From an uncultured Actinomycetota bacterium (GTDB lineage: Bacteria > Actinomycetota > Actinomycetes > JAFAQI01), in contig CAVYQE010000004.1 of NCBI GenBank assembly GCA_963770565.1, positions 1 through 30,402 on the forward strand: a stretch of 30,402 bases of DNA, given 5' to 3'. Under the pieces are notes generated by a model that was not told the origin of the DNA, did not search any database, and saw only the letters and a list, made by a program, of their open reading frames with translations. This document shows positions 1-11,671 of the stretch, piece by piece. Each line of letters begins with the position of its first letter. Position 1 is the first letter of the stretch. A program made the position numbers and the translations under genes.

Positions 1-1
1 G

Positions 2-52
2 AAGGTCAACCTTGAGGCGCAGTGGCTGGCCGTGGCGGACGCGGTGTCGTGA
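2..52 (+). CDS. 3' end (partial) of a probable ABC-F family ATP-binding protein (Uup-like C-terminus)
   Basis: Frame 2 reads KVNLEAQWLAVADAVS* (TGA 50-52, then a second TGA). This resembles the LE.rWL.lae C-terminal helix of ABC-F proteins, which often lie near desaturase/tRNA-Gln/glmU in actinobacteria. Only 16 codons are visible. Confidence 0.4.
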   Translation, partial: KVNLEAQWLAVADAVS

Positions 53-56
53 TGAG

Positions 57-1042
57 TCAGGTCCCTCGCGAGAAGATCTGCAGCCGAGCGACGTCGTCGG
101 TGGATCTCGCGCACCCGCGCGACGTCGGCCTCGGACAGCCTGCCGGACTGCGCGCTCAGCGCCTGCTGGCTGCTCATCGGATGGAAGGCCGATCCGGGAC
201 AGGCCGCCCCCCGAATGCTTGCCCACGCGAAAGCCCGGTCGCTGCGGGAGGAGCGACGACGTCGCTGCGCCGATCCGGTCGACCGCGTCGCTGGTCCACG
301 GGAGGTCGAAGAGGCGGTACATCTCGCGGAAGGACTCCGTCGGGTTGCGAACGATGTCGTCGTAGCAGAAGACATGCGGATGTCGGGATGAGGAGTTGAA
401 ACGTGTGGACTGCCTGGTAGGCGACCCCGCCATAGGGTCGCGATGTTGGCAACCTGATCGAGTCCGAGCCGCTGATGTCAGTTGAGCGGCTCGGGGTGGC
501 CGAAATCAGGATCGCGCAAGCAGAAGTGGTTGAGCGAGTACCCCGTCCGGCTGGAACGACCAACCGAGGTTCCGCCAGCTGCCCACCAGTCCGACCGGAT
601 CGCGGACGAGCACGATGGCGCGGGCGCCGACTCGCTCGACGAGCCATCTCGTCGAAAAGATGGCGAACGGGTCGTCCAGCAGCGCCCGACGACCACGTAG
701 TCGACCGGCCGTGAATGCCGAGGCGTACTTGACCATTCGCGCGAGGTCGTAGGCCCCGCGGTTCCTTCGAAGCTCGGCGATGACGCCGTAGCGGAGCTCG
801 GTGGTCCGTCGAAAGGCCGGGAGCCACCGTTCGTCGTTGTCTTCGCAGATGTACTGGAATTGGTGGTCCGGCGACACCGCGAGCACTCCCGGTGAGTGGC
901 CGGGAGGGTGCGAGGGGTTCAAGGGCTCGTTGACGTAGGTGACCGCGCCGCTGGCCTCGAGCATCTTGCCGACCCAGCTGGTGCCGCTTCGTGGGAGTCC
1001 GGTGACCAGAAGGGGCGGCCGGCCACGGCCCTCGCGACGCAT
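57..1042 (-). CDS. Sulfotransferase family protein (several frameshifts in the 3' half, probably sequence errors)
   Basis: ORF 506..1042 has the 5'-PSB loop LLVTGLPRSGTSW, NEPLN and the 3'-PB motif VLVRDP. Other frames continue with ...LWRVAYQAV, YDDIVRNPTESFREMYRLFDLPW and LSEADVARVREI. Stop estimated at TGA 59-57. Confidence 0.8.
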
Positions 1043-1069
1043 AGCGGTGAAGCGTAGTCGGCGGCGCTG

Positions 1070-2028
1070 CTAGCCGATCGCGAGTTTGGCAGCCACTCGT
1101 TCCGGTGTCGGCCAGCGGACGTCGCGAGGCCCAGCCTTTCGAAGGCCCGGATCAGCCGCGCGCTGGTGTCGAGCTGGCCGCGCTGCACGCCGTGGCGGGC
1201 GCTGGTCGGCTCGGCGTGGTGCAGGTTGTGCCAGTCTCGCCCATCGCCAGGATCGCCAGCGGCCAGACGTTGGTCGACTGGTCGCGGGTTTGAACGGCGC
1301 TTGCCGACGGTGTGGCAGATGCTGTTGACCGACCAGGTGACGTGGTGCAGCAGGCCAATGCGCACCAGGCCGGCCCAGAAGAACGCCTCCAGCGCCGCTG
1401 CCAGGACCAGCCCCCGGCACAGCCGACCAACGCCGGGAGCAGCAGGCTGGTGGCGGTCAGCGCGGCGAAGAGCTTGTGCACGACCGACCAGGGACCGGTC
1501 GCGCAGCAGGTCGGGCGCGAAGCGCTGCTGATCGGTCTGCTCGGCGTCGAACAGCCAGCCGAATGGGCGTGGAACATGCCCTTGAGCGAGCGCGGAGCCC
1601 CGCCGTAGCGCCATGGCGAGTGCGGATCGCCCTCGGCGTCGGAGAACGCGTGGTGACGGCGGTGGTCGGCGACCCAGCGGATGACCGGCCCCTCGACGGC
1701 CATGCTTCCCGCCACGGCGAGCGCCACCCGCAGCGCCTCGCTTGGCCTTGAACGCGCCGTGGGTCAGGTAGCGGTGGAAGCCGACGGTGATGCCGTGGCC
1801 GGTGATCGCGTAGAGGACGACCACGAGCACGATCTCTTGCCAGCCGAGCCCCCATCCCCAGGCGACGGGAACCGCGGCGAGCAGCGCGAGCAAAGGCACC
1901 ACGATGAGGGCGAGGAGGACCACCTGCTCTGCCCGAGCGCCCAACGGCGACCGGGTCATGGTGGTAGCCGGAGGCCCGAGTGGTACGGATCCGGTCGATA
2001 GATCTGAAGTGGTCGTTGTCTGGGTCAT
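1070..2028 (-). CDS. Acyl-CoA (fatty acid) desaturase, frameshifted in this assembly
   Basis: Three His boxes are spread across frames: GITVGFHRYLTH, WVADHRRHH..DPHSPW and WHNLHH. Also TWSVNSICH and C-terminal DVRWPTPERVAAK. GAGGA RBS precedes ATG 2028. Confidence 0.9.
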
Positions 2029-2198
2029 GCTCATCCTCAGAACAGCGTCTGGCGTTTCGCTTCGCGAAGTTCGCTGTGGCCTTACCCTGGTTGTGCCCGC
2101 TACTTCGGATCGAGGCGGCATCCAGGTGCCCCGGATGGTCACGATAGCGGCTACATGCTCGCGGCAGATCAGAAGGGTTGGGAGTGGAAGGCCTTGCG

Positions 2199-2910
2199 TT
2201 GAAGCTCGACCGGCGGGACGACTGCCTGTCGGGACTGCAGCACACCGTTGATGAGATAACCGCGAGCTGGGTAGCTCCGCGAGTACTCGAGGCCGGGTGC
2301 GGATCGCTCGAGCGCGTGCGGTTTGCGCCGGATGCGCACGTCGTGGGGATGGACATCGAGCCGGTTCGCATCGAGAACAACTCGACAATCGATGAGGGCA
2401 TTGTCGGAGACGTCGAGACCTACGACTTCGAGCCGGAATCGTTCGACGCTGTTGTGTGCTGGTACGTCTTCGAGCATCTACATGATCCCCTCGCCGCGCT
2501 CGTTCGCTTTGCCAAGGCGCTGCGACCAGGTGGCATTCTCGTGCTCGCCTTCCCCAACCTGCTCAGCCCCAAGGGGCTGGTCACGAAGTCACGCCCTTTT
2601 CGCTGCATGTGTTCTTCCGTCGGCGGATCCTCGGCAGAGTAAATGCCGGTCAGCCTGGCAAGGGCCCATATCCCACGACCTTGCCTTTTGCGCTGACACC
2701 GCCGACCGTGCTGAAGCTGGCGGCGGCGGCTGACCTCGAGGTGGCGTCGCATCCACTCACGAGGACATGAAGCAAGAGGAGTTTCGTCGGCGGCTGCACA
2801 TGCCCGCTGCCGCCTGGCGGGTCTTCGCCCGGCTGGTCACGCGACTCACCCGCGGTCACCTCGACGCTGAACGGACCGAAGTCCTTCTCGTCTTCCGGAA
2901 GCGGTTCTGA
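2199..2910 (+). CDS. Class I SAM-dependent methyltransferase (frameshifted after ~2590)
   Basis: VLEAGCG (motif I), GMDI, ESFDAVVC..VFEHLHDP and LRPGG. Continues in other frames (LHVFFRRRILG..GPYPT, ..TEVLLVFRKRF*) to TGA 2908-2910. Start uncertain (2178 or TTG 2199). Confidence 0.85.
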
Positions 2911-3016
2911 GCACTGCTGCTCGCCCTTAGCCCATGACGGGTTGACCGCGGGCGCAGATAACGCGCCTCAGCGCGGGCGCGGAGCCGAACCGAGCACCTA
3001 GGCTTCGAAAGAGCAG

Positions 3017-3086
3017 TCCCGGATCGTCTAACGGCAGGACGCGAAGTTTTGGTCTCCGTCATGGAGGTTCGATTCCTCTCCGGGAG
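3017..3086 (+). tRNA. tRNA-Gln (anticodon TTG), CCA not encoded
   Basis: Acceptor stem TCCCGGA/TCCGGGA, D arm GTC-TAACGGCAG-GAC, anticodon loop TTTTGGT (3047-3053), T arm GGAGG-TTCGATT-CCTC. Sits in the usual position upstream of glmU. Confidence 0.9.
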
Positions 3087-3233
3087 CTGACAGCCTGCGA
3101 GCGATATCCCTTGCCAGCGCTGAGCCCCCCGTCCCGTGGTTGCCGCGACGATGGTGGGACTCGATCGGTGGGTCGTGAGGCTCGGTAGGCTCGGCGGTGG
3201 CCTTCCCCGTCGTACCGCGTTCCAGGAGCCTGG

Positions 3234-4704
<1,471 letters not shown>

Positions 4705-4736
4705 CCCGACCGAGCACCGAGCAGGCGGCAGACCGA

Positions 4737-5720
4737 GTGACGGGCATCACAGAGCCAGCGCAGAAGAACCTGATGCTCTTCTCCGGCCGCGCCCACCCCG
4801 AGCTCGCCGACGAGATCGCCGCCGAGCTCGGCATGAGCGGTGCCCGACGAGCGACCCACGACTTCGCCAACGGCGAGATCTTCGTCCGGTTCGAGGAGTC
4901 GGTACGCGGCTGCGACGCGTTCGTCGATCCAGAGCCACTCCACGCCGATCAACACCTGGCTCATGGAGCAGCTGATCATGGTCGACGCGCTCAAGCGCGC
5001 CTCGGCCAAGCGGATCACCGTCGTCGCGCCGTTCTACCCTACGCCCGGCAGGACAAGAAGCACCGCGGCCGCGAGCCGATCAGCGCCCGGCTGATCGCCG
5101 ACCTGTTCAAGACCGCCGGCGCCGACCGGCTGATGACGGTCGACCTGCACACCGCGCAGATCCAGGGCTTCTTCGACGGCCCGGTCGACCACCTGTTCGC
5201 GCTGCCGCTGCTCGCCGAGTACATCGCAGACCAGCTCGACCCGGCGAGCTTCACCGTGGTCTCGCCGGACGCCGGCCGGGTGCGGGTCGCCGAGCGCTGG
5301 ACCGACCGGCTGGGCGGCGCGCCGCTCGCGTTCATCCACAAGAGCCGCGACCCGACGTCGCCCAACGAGGTCGTCGCCAACGGGTCGTCGGTGACGTCGA
5401 CGGCCGCACCTGCCTCATCGTCGACGACATGATCGACACCGGCGGCACGATCACCAAGGCCGCCGAGGCGCTGCTCGACGACGGGCGCGACCGACGTCAT
5501 CGTCGCGGCGACCCACGGCGATGTTCTCGGAGCCGGCGGTCGACCGGCTGAAGAACAGCCGGATCAGCGAGGTCGTGGTGACCAACACGCTGCCGATCGC
5601 CGGACGAGCAGCGCTTCGACAAGCTGACCGTGCTCTCGATCGCGCCGCTGATCGCGCCGGGCGATCCGCGAGGTCTTCGAGGACGGCTCGGTCACCAGCC
5701 TGTTCGACGGCAACGCCTGA
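4737..5720 (+). CDS. prs: Ribose-phosphate pyrophosphokinase (apparent frameshifts)
   Basis: [105 protein letters not shown]; ends VTSLFDGNA*. Confidence 0.95.
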
Positions 5721-5776
5721 CCAGGACCGCCGCGTTCCGGGGCCGCTCGCGATCGACCGGGCTCAGCTCTCGTGGG

Positions 5777-6816
5777 TCAGGGCGTGCTGCCTACGACATA
5801 CTTCGTCAGCGAACTTGAGGCGTAGCCGGACATCGCCTGCGATGACTGTGACAGGCGGTAGTCACAGGTCGCTGACTTCTGGGAGTTCCATTCAATCGCG
5901 CCCTTGATCAGCGGCAGCTGTTGTAGTGCTGCTGGCACGGCGGCGTACCACGCTTTACGTTCGGTCCGGCGAGTGACGCGAACTCCGTGAGCATCACGGG
6001 CTTTGACATCATCCCGGGCTGACTCTCGACCCAGTTGTAGTACGGCTGAAACACTTGCAGCGGAGTCTTCCAGATGCCCTTGTGACACGACGAGAAGTTG
6101 TAGGCGTCGTAGCCGATCCAGTCGACGTAGCTCGCTCCCGGATAGCTCGCCGCGATATCTGGCAGATGCGGAAGATAGCCGGTTGAGACCCACACCCAGA
6201 TCACGTTGGTAACGCCCTGATTCGCGAACACCTGATGGATATGGCGATAGGCAGCGATGTACTGAGCCGGGGTGCCCTCGCCGGCTTCCTGAGCCTTGTT
6301 GTCGAACTCGTGTTGGAAGTCGACAAACACCTTCTGGTGGAACGCGATCAGCGTTTTGGCCTCCGGAATGATGACGGATTTGTCCCAGGACCCGTTGGCG
6401 ATCGACTGGTAGGTCACCTTCGAGCGGTTGGTGTAGTTCACCGCGTTCCAGCTGAAGTAGAGCGTCCGCGCTCCGCCGTCGGCGAGCGTTTTCGCCTTGG
6501 GGCTTGGAAATATCTCTCCGACTTTCCAGCCGATGTAGTTCTTGACGATGTCGAAGCGACGGCCGATGGTCTGTTCGACTGGACCGTAGCTCTGCGAGGG
6601 CACGAACATTCCCCAGAGCAGTCCACATGACGGTACGTCGATGCTGGATCGCGCACAGGTGTTGTGCACGACCGCGCGCGAACTCTGCTTACCGGGTTGG
6701 GAATGGGCTGCATAGCTTGCGGTTGCTGGAGCACTCGCCGCGGCTACTGCGCCAAGCGCCAACCCGATGAGCAGAATCGACGCGCGCGGGTGCATAGAAC
6801 GGATAACACGATTCAC
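5777..6816 (-). CDS. Secreted GH26-like glycoside hydrolase (one frameshift at ~5955)
   Basis: Signal peptide (ILLIGLALGAVAAASAPATA). GH26-type motifs FVDFQHEFD (acid/base), NVIWVW, YPGASYVDWIGYDAY, KPVMLTEF (nucleophile). C-terminus continues in the frame ending at 5777. GGGGAG RBS precedes GTG 6816. Confidence 0.8.
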
Positions 6817-6954
6817 TGAAAACGCTCCCCTGACAGGTTGAGGATCCGGCCTGTATGGCGAGCGCGGGGGACTCATACCTACCCGACGCCACCGTGGTGT
6901 CTCTGAACCAACCTAACCGGCGCCTGGCGGGTGGTTCTAGCGGGACACGCGGGT

Positions 6955-6983
6955 TCGCCACGTTCGTTCATCTCGCCTACACT
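6955..6983 (+). promoter_or_regulatory. Candidate housekeeping-sigma promoter for rplY
   Basis: TACACT at 6978-6983 (TAnnnT -10), with TCGCCA 17 nt upstream. Confidence 0.35.
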
Positions 6984-7026
6984 CGACCGCGCAGAAACCG
7001 CCGAATATCCACAAGGAGCCCTGGTC

Positions 7027-7707
7027 GTGCCCGAGGTCCGCATGGTCGCCGAGCCCAGAACCGAGTTCGGGAAGGGTGGCGCTCGGCGTACCCGCCGGGC
7101 CGGCAAGGTCCCCGCGGTTCTGTATGGCCACGGGGCCGATCCGCGCCACCTCTCGCTGCCGACGCGGGATTTCGAGCATGCTCTTCGCACCGATGGTGCC
7201 AACGTGCTGCTCGACCTCCAGCTGGCTGAGGGCAGCGAGCTCGCGCTGCCGAAGTCGATCCAGCGCGACCCGATCCGCGGTGCGATCGAGCACGTGGATC
7301 TCATCCTCGTCCGCCGTGGTGAGCGGATCACGGTCGAGATCGCGATCCAGGTCTCAGGCGAGATCGTGGCCGGCGGCCTGCTGGACCAGTCGCTCAACAC
7401 GCTGTCGGTGACGGCCGAAGCCACCAACATCCCGCAAAGCGTCGAGATCTCGATCGAAGGCCTGGAGATCGGCGAGTCCGTTCACGCCGGCCGGGTGTCG
7501 TTGCCCGAGGGTGTCGAGATCGCGGGCGACCCCGAGCAGGTGGTCGTTCACATCGTGCCGGCGCCGACCGCCGAGGAGCTCGAGGCCGAGCTCGACGTCG
7601 AGGCCGCAGCCGGCGAGGAAGCGGGCGAGGAGGCCGAGGCCGCAGCCGGCGACGAAGCGGGCGAGCAGGCCGAGGCCGCAGCCGACGCCGAGCCCGCGCA
7701 GGGCTGA
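7027..7707 (+). CDS. rplY: 50S ribosomal protein L25/general stress protein Ctc
   Basis: AAGGAG RBS, GTG 7027. RTEFGKGGARRTRRAGKVPAVLYGHG, QRDPIRGAIEHVDL, Ctc C-terminal domain and acidic tail. Confidence 0.97.
   Translation: MPEVRMVAEPRTEFGKGGARRTRRAGKVPAVLYGHGADPRHLSLPTRDFEHALRTDGANVLLDLQLAEGSELALPKSIQRDPIRGAIEHVDLILVRRGERITVEIAIQVSGEIVAGGLLDQSLNTLSVTAEATNIPQSVEISIEGLEIGESVHAGRVSLPEGVEIAGDPEQVVVHIVPAPTAEELEAELDVEAAAGEEAGEEAEAAAGDEAGEQAEAAADAEPAQG
7600..7683 (+). repeat. 36-nt coding tandem repeat (about 2.3 copies) in the L25 acidic tail
   Basis: Units start at 7600, 7636 and 7672 (gaggccgcagcc...), encoding EAAAGEEAGEEA / EAAAGDEAGEQA / EAAA. Confidence 0.8.
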
Positions 7708-7725
7708 CGCCGCCCGTAGGCTCTG

Positions 7726-8300
7726 GTGAGCGAGGACGGACCCTGGCTGGTCCTCGGCCTCGGCAACCCCGGGCCGGGGTACGCCGGCAACCGCCACAAC
7801 GTCGGTTTCATGGTGGTCGACCGGCTCGCCGACCGGGTGGGAGCCCGGTTCAAGCGGCACAAGACCCGCACGGACGTCCTCGAGACGCATCTCGGTGGTG
7901 TGCGCGTGGTGCTCGCGAAACCGCGCTGCTACATGAACGAGTCGGGGGGGCCGGCTGGGTCGCTGCGGGACTTTTTCAAGGTGCCGGCCGAGCGGATCGT
8001 CGTCGTCCATGACGAGCTCGATCTCGATCCTGGCGTGCTGCGATTGAAACTCGGTGGCGGTGACAACGGGCACAACGGCTTGCGTTCCCTTCGCCGGTCC
8101 CTGGGAACCGGCGAGTTCTTCCGCGTTCGGGTCGGCATCGGTCGCCCGCCGGGCCGGCAGGACCCCGCGGACTTCGTCCTCCACGACTTCTCGGCGGTCG
8201 AGCGAAAGGACTCGGTGAAGTGGTCGAGCGGGCCGGCGATGCGGTCGAGGCGCTGATTCGTGACGGACTCGCCGCAGCTCAGAGCCAGTTCAACGACTGA
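7726..8300 (+). CDS. pth: Peptidyl-tRNA hydrolase (frameshift at ~8215)
   Basis: [55 protein letters not shown]-terminus [25 protein letters not shown] is in another frame, TGA 8298-8300. Confidence 0.96.
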
Positions 8301-8308
8301 CCCGGCGA

Positions 8309-8314
8309 TATTCT
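8309..8314 (+). promoter_or_regulatory. -10 element for a probable leaderless ybjQ transcript
   Basis: TATTCT 6 nt before ATG 8321, with no Shine-Dalgarno sequence. Confidence 0.55.
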
Positions 8315-8320
8315 GCGGCC

Positions 8321-8647
8321 ATGATCGTCGTGACGACCAACGATCTTCCCGGCTGGCAGATCGACGAGGTGCTTGGCGAGGTCTGGGGCCTCACCGTGCG
8401 TTCGCGTAACGCCTTCTCGCAGATGGGCGCCGGACTGAAGTCGATGTTCGGCGGCGAGCTCAAGGGCATGACCAAGGCGCTCTACGAGAGCCGCAACGAG
8501 GTCATGAACCGGATGTGCGAGGAGGCCGAGCGGCGCGGTGGCAATGCGATCCTCGCGATGCGCTTCGACACCTCGGAGATGGGTGACGTCTGGACCGAGA
8601 TCTGTGCCTACGGCACGGCGGTGCGGGCCCGCAAGCTCGACGCCTAG
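8321..8647 (+). CDS. ybjQ: YbjQ/UPF0145 family protein
   Basis: 108 aa: MIVVTTNDLPG..LGEVWG..VRSRN..GGELKG..GGNAILAMRFD..AYGTAV, the typical UPF0145 pattern. Confidence 0.92.
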   Translation: MIVVTTNDLPGWQIDEVLGEVWGLTVRSRNAFSQMGAGLKSMFGGELKGMTKALYESRNEVMNRMCEEAERRGGNAILAMRFDTSEMGDVWTEICAYGTAVRARKLDA

Positions 8648-8668
8648 TCGCCGCTGCGGCGCGAACGG

Positions 8669-9634
8669 TCAGACTCCTTTGCCCCGCCGGTGCAGGGTGC
8701 TGAGTACGGTTTCGGCGGGGATGCCGCCGGCAACGGCGATGGCCAGGTAGGCGCGGGGTTCCCGCCAGCGCCGCCGGATCGCGCGACCGGCCCAGCGCAG
8801 GGCGGTCGTACGCTCGCCTGACGCTGCGTAGGCGAACGCGATCTGGCCGTAAACCCGCGCCGCGCCCTTGGGTGATTCCTCGACGATGTCGGGGTGCCGG
8901 TCGAGTATCCACTGCAGGGAGGCGATCTTCTGATCCCAGGCCCGGTTGAAGTGAGACCCTGACGTCCACTGAACCTGCACAAGTGGTTGATCCACATGCA
9001 CGATCGGGCTCAAGCGAGAAGCACGGAGAAGCACGTCCCAGTCCTCATTGTGGCTGCCAGGTATGCCCTCGTCGATCAGACCGAGGTCCCCGAGCAGGGC
9101 CTCGCGGCGGATGAGGAAGGTAGACGAGTGCAGCATCGACATCCGACTCGACCGGAGCTCTGCGTGCGTGATCCGGTTTGCTCCGGCAAGCCGCACGCTC
9201 CGCTTGCCCTCGAAGTCGACTTCGATGGAGCAGCTGACGAAGTTTGCCGACGGCTGGGCGAGCAGTGCATCGACCTGGTTCGCGATCTTGTTCGGACGCC
9301 AGGCATCATCGTCGTCGCAGAACGCGATGAGATCCGCCGTCGACGCCATGATCCCGGTGTTCCGGGCACCGGCGAGTCCGGCTTTGCGTGTATTGGTGAG
9401 AACCTTGATCCGCGGCGACGCCGGGAGTCGCTCGAGGGCGTTGGCATCGGCCTGGTCAAGGACCACGATCACCTGAAGGTCGCCGGCGTAGTCCTGCTCG
9501 AGCGCGCCGAGAACTGCGCGTCGAAGAAGCTCCGGGCGATTCCGAGTGGGGATGACCGCGCAAACCGAGGGCAGGCTCTCGGGTGGACTCGACGCTTCGA
9601 TCGGCACAGCGTAGTGGAGGGTCACGTCCGTCAT
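8669..9634 (-). CDS. Glycosyltransferase family 2
   Basis: VIPTRNRPELL, GLAGARNTG, IAFCDDDDAW (DxD), EDWD. ATG 9634 overlaps the upstream sulfotransferase stop (ATGA). Confidence 0.92.
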   Translation of the reverse strand: MTDVTLHYAVPIEASSPPESLPSVCAVIPTRNRPELLRRAVLGALEQDYAGDLQVIVVLDQADANALERLPASPRIKVLTNTRKAGLAGARNTGIMASTADLIAFCDDDDAWRPNKIANQVDALLAQPSANFVSCSIEVDFEGKRSVRLAGANRITHAELRSSRMSMLHSSTFLIRREALLGDLGLIDEGIPGSHNEDWDVLLRASRLSPIVHVDQPLVQVQWTSGSHFNRAWDQKIASLQWILDRHPDIVEESPKGAARVYGQIAFAYAASGERTTALRWAGRAIRRRWREPRAYLAIAVAGGIPAETVLSTLHRRGKGV

Positions 9635-10581
9635 CTCGGTCGGGCGCGGTCGGTCAGCACCGGGTAGGAGTAGCGGTGCGCGAGTGGCCAGGTCATTGCG
9701 CCCACCGTCCGGCGATCTGCGGTCGGCAGTCGGTCCTGCCACTCGATGTCAGGGCTGATGACGATCTCGCCGGTGTCGAACCGCATCGGGTTTCCGGAGA
9801 GCGTGTGGGTTCGTCGAAGGTTCACGGCGTGGTCCTGGATGGACAGTGTGCCGCTGTCCGGGAGACCCACGAACGCCAAGATCGAACTCACGGTCTGCTG
9901 CGGGTCCTCGACGAAATCCTCGTAGCGGACCCGGTGAACGGGCACGCCACGGGTCCTCAGGGTTTCGATGGCGGTGTTCTCGGCCATCCACATCACGGCG
10001 GTACGCGGCGGTGAGTACCTGCTCATGTATGCATCGCTGTCAGTCGAGGTCACGTCCGGCCGCTCGACGAATTTGCTCCACGAGTACGCCACCGCGCGAG
10101 GATCCCGTACGACGTGGACCACTCGGAGTTCGATCTCGGCCGAGTGCCGGAGGCAGTGGGCGAGTGAGGCGTGCTTGCTGGAGTCGACCAACCAGTGCGC
10201 CCCGCTAACTGCTTGGACTGCTCGGTAGAGGTGAACGTAGTAGAACAGGTATTCATCCAATCCGCGGCTCGACCGTGCCAGTAGCGCGGGTACCCGTCTG
10301 AGCCGGTCGACCTGATGCCGGAGCGTCTCTACCCGCTCGGTGTCGACCTGTGGCCAACCGCCGAAGGCGTCCTTGCCGACCTGCTGCCAGAATTCGCATT
10401 TGCTGAACGGGTCGCCACACCCGCACTTATCATCGTTGTGGAGGCTGCGGACCCAGCCGTGCACCGTCTCGCCGAGCGCTTGCATGCCGTCAATCTGACT
10501 GAGGAGTCGCTCGAGAAGCGTTGTGCCACTGCGCCCGAGCCCGCCCAAGTAGAGCACCTGGATTTCGGATTTTTCGGGCAC
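9631..10581 (-). CDS. Sulfotransferase with a Cys-containing insert
   Basis: VLYLGGLGRSGTTLL (PSB loop), CGCGDPFSKCEFW, VDSSK, HVVRDPRAVAYSW, RYEDFVEDP, GNPMRF. GTG 10581 chosen because of a leaderless -10 upstream. Confidence 0.92.
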   Translation of the reverse strand: MPEKSEIQVLYLGGLGRSGTTLLERLLSQIDGMQALGETVHGWVRSLHNDDKCGCGDPFSKCEFWQQVGKDAFGGWPQVDTERVETLRHQVDRLRRVPALLARSSRGLDEYLFYYVHLYRAVQAVSGAHWLVDSSKHASLAHCLRHSAEIELRVVHVVRDPRAVAYSWSKFVERPDVTSTDSDAYMSRYSPPRTAVMWMAENTAIETLRTRGVPVHRVRYEDFVEDPQQTVSSILAFVGLPDSGTLSIQDHAVNLRRTHTLSGNPMRFDTGEIVISPDIEWQDRLPTADRRTVGAMTWPLAHRYSYPVLTDRARPR

Positions 10582-10705
10582 GAGGACGATGGTAGGCGGG
10601 GGCTTGTCGAGGCCCCGGGCTTTGGGACCACATTCACTCGCCTGGCCTATCAAGTTGGTCCATTTGGCCTGACAAAACCACCCTGAAATCGCGTAAAATT
10701 GCGGC
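10582..10705. promoter_or_regulatory. Divergent promoter region with two leaderless-type -10 elements
   Basis: Minus strand: TACCAT (10594-10589) 7 nt before GTG 10581. Plus strand: TAAAAT (10694-10699) 6 nt before ATG 10706. Neither gene has an SD. Confidence 0.6.
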
Positions 10706-11671
10706 ATGCCCGCACTGACCCCGACCGTTTCGGATGGTCCGGATCGGGTCCGGGTCGCCGGGGTAAAGGTCGATGCGCTGACCGAGAATCAAGTCGTCGA
10801 ACAGGTTATTGCCTCCCTTCTGGTGGGACGTGGCGGGTGGATCGCCACCCCGAACGTCAACTTCCTCCGCCGGGCATCGAGCGACCTCGAGCTGGCGAGC
10901 CTGCTATCAGAAGCGACGTTGCGGGTCGCCGATGGCATGCCGCTGTCATGGGCCAGCCGGCTCGCGCGCGCTCCTCAGCTGCACCGCGTTACCGGCGCCT
11001 CGCTGGTGTACTCCTTGAGCTCGGCAGCCGCACGGTACGAGCGGTCGGTCTACATCCTTGGCGGGCCGCCGGGCGCCGCGGTCGAGGCCGCCGCCAACCT
11101 GCAAGCACATGCGCCGGGCCTGAGGATCGTCGGATCGGAAGCGCCTTGGCTGTCGGCAGACGTCACGGCTGAGGAGGTCGAGCCGATCGTCCAGCGGCTT
11201 GAAGCGGCCAAGCCGGACATCGTCTTCTGCGGATTCGGCTTCCCGAAGCAGGAGCGGCTCATCGCCGCGTGCCGTTCCCGGCTGCCGTCCACCTGGTTCC
11301 TCGGCTGCGGGGCGGCGGTGAACTTCGCCGCCGGGCACGAGCGCCGTGCGCCGCGATGGATGCAGCGCTCCGGTCTGGAATGGCTGCACCGGATGTCAAC
11401 CGAGCCGCGTCGCCTGGCCGGACGTTATCTCGCCGACATTCCCTTCGCCGTTCGGCTGCTCCTCGTCAGTGGGGTGCGAAGCCGGTACGGCTGGACCTTG
11501 CCGGCGAGTGTCGCGCCCTTCCCTGACGAGATCGTGATCCCCTCGCAGCAGGGTGGCGGGTCTCACGGCATTCCGATTCAGCCGGTCCGCCAGCGTGCGA
11601 CCCGTGCACGTTCTCTCGCGAGAACGGTCGCTACCGACGCGGTGCAGGGCGCATCGATGGATGAGACCTGA
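10706..11671 (+). CDS. WecB/TagA/CpsF family glycosyltransferase (GT26)
   Basis: IATPNVNF, VADGMPL, RVTGA, YILGG, DIVFCGFGFPKQE, LGCGAAVNF.AG..RRAPRWMQRSGLEWLHR...EPRRLAGRY. Confidence 0.95.
   Translation: MPALTPTVSDGPDRVRVAGVKVDALTENQVVEQVIASLLVGRGGWIATPNVNFLRRASSDLELASLLSEATLRVADGMPLSWASRLARAPQLHRVTGASLVYSLSSAAARYERSVYILGGPPGAAVEAAANLQAHAPGLRIVGSEAPWLSADVTAEEVEPIVQRLEAAKPDIVFCGFGFPKQERLIAACRSRLPSTWFLGCGAAVNFAAGHERRAPRWMQRSGLEWLHRMSTEPRRLAGRYLADIPFAVRLLLVSGVRSRYGWTLPASVAPFPDEIVIPSQQGGGSHGIPIQPVRQRATRARSLARTVATDAVQGASMDET

Noticed and set aside
3017-3086. tRNA as the attachment site of an integrated element
   Set aside because: No integrase or transposase, no duplicate of the tRNA 3' end noticed by eye, and glmU follows directly.
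6817-7026. Ribosomal-protein leader RNA upstream of rplY
   Set aside because: No convincing conserved structure is visible; the region is explained as a divergent promoter gap.
10706-11671. Wall teichoic acid locus inferred from a TagA-like gene
   Set aside because: No TagB/F/D or TagGH genes; the neighbours are Wzx/Wzy/Wzz.
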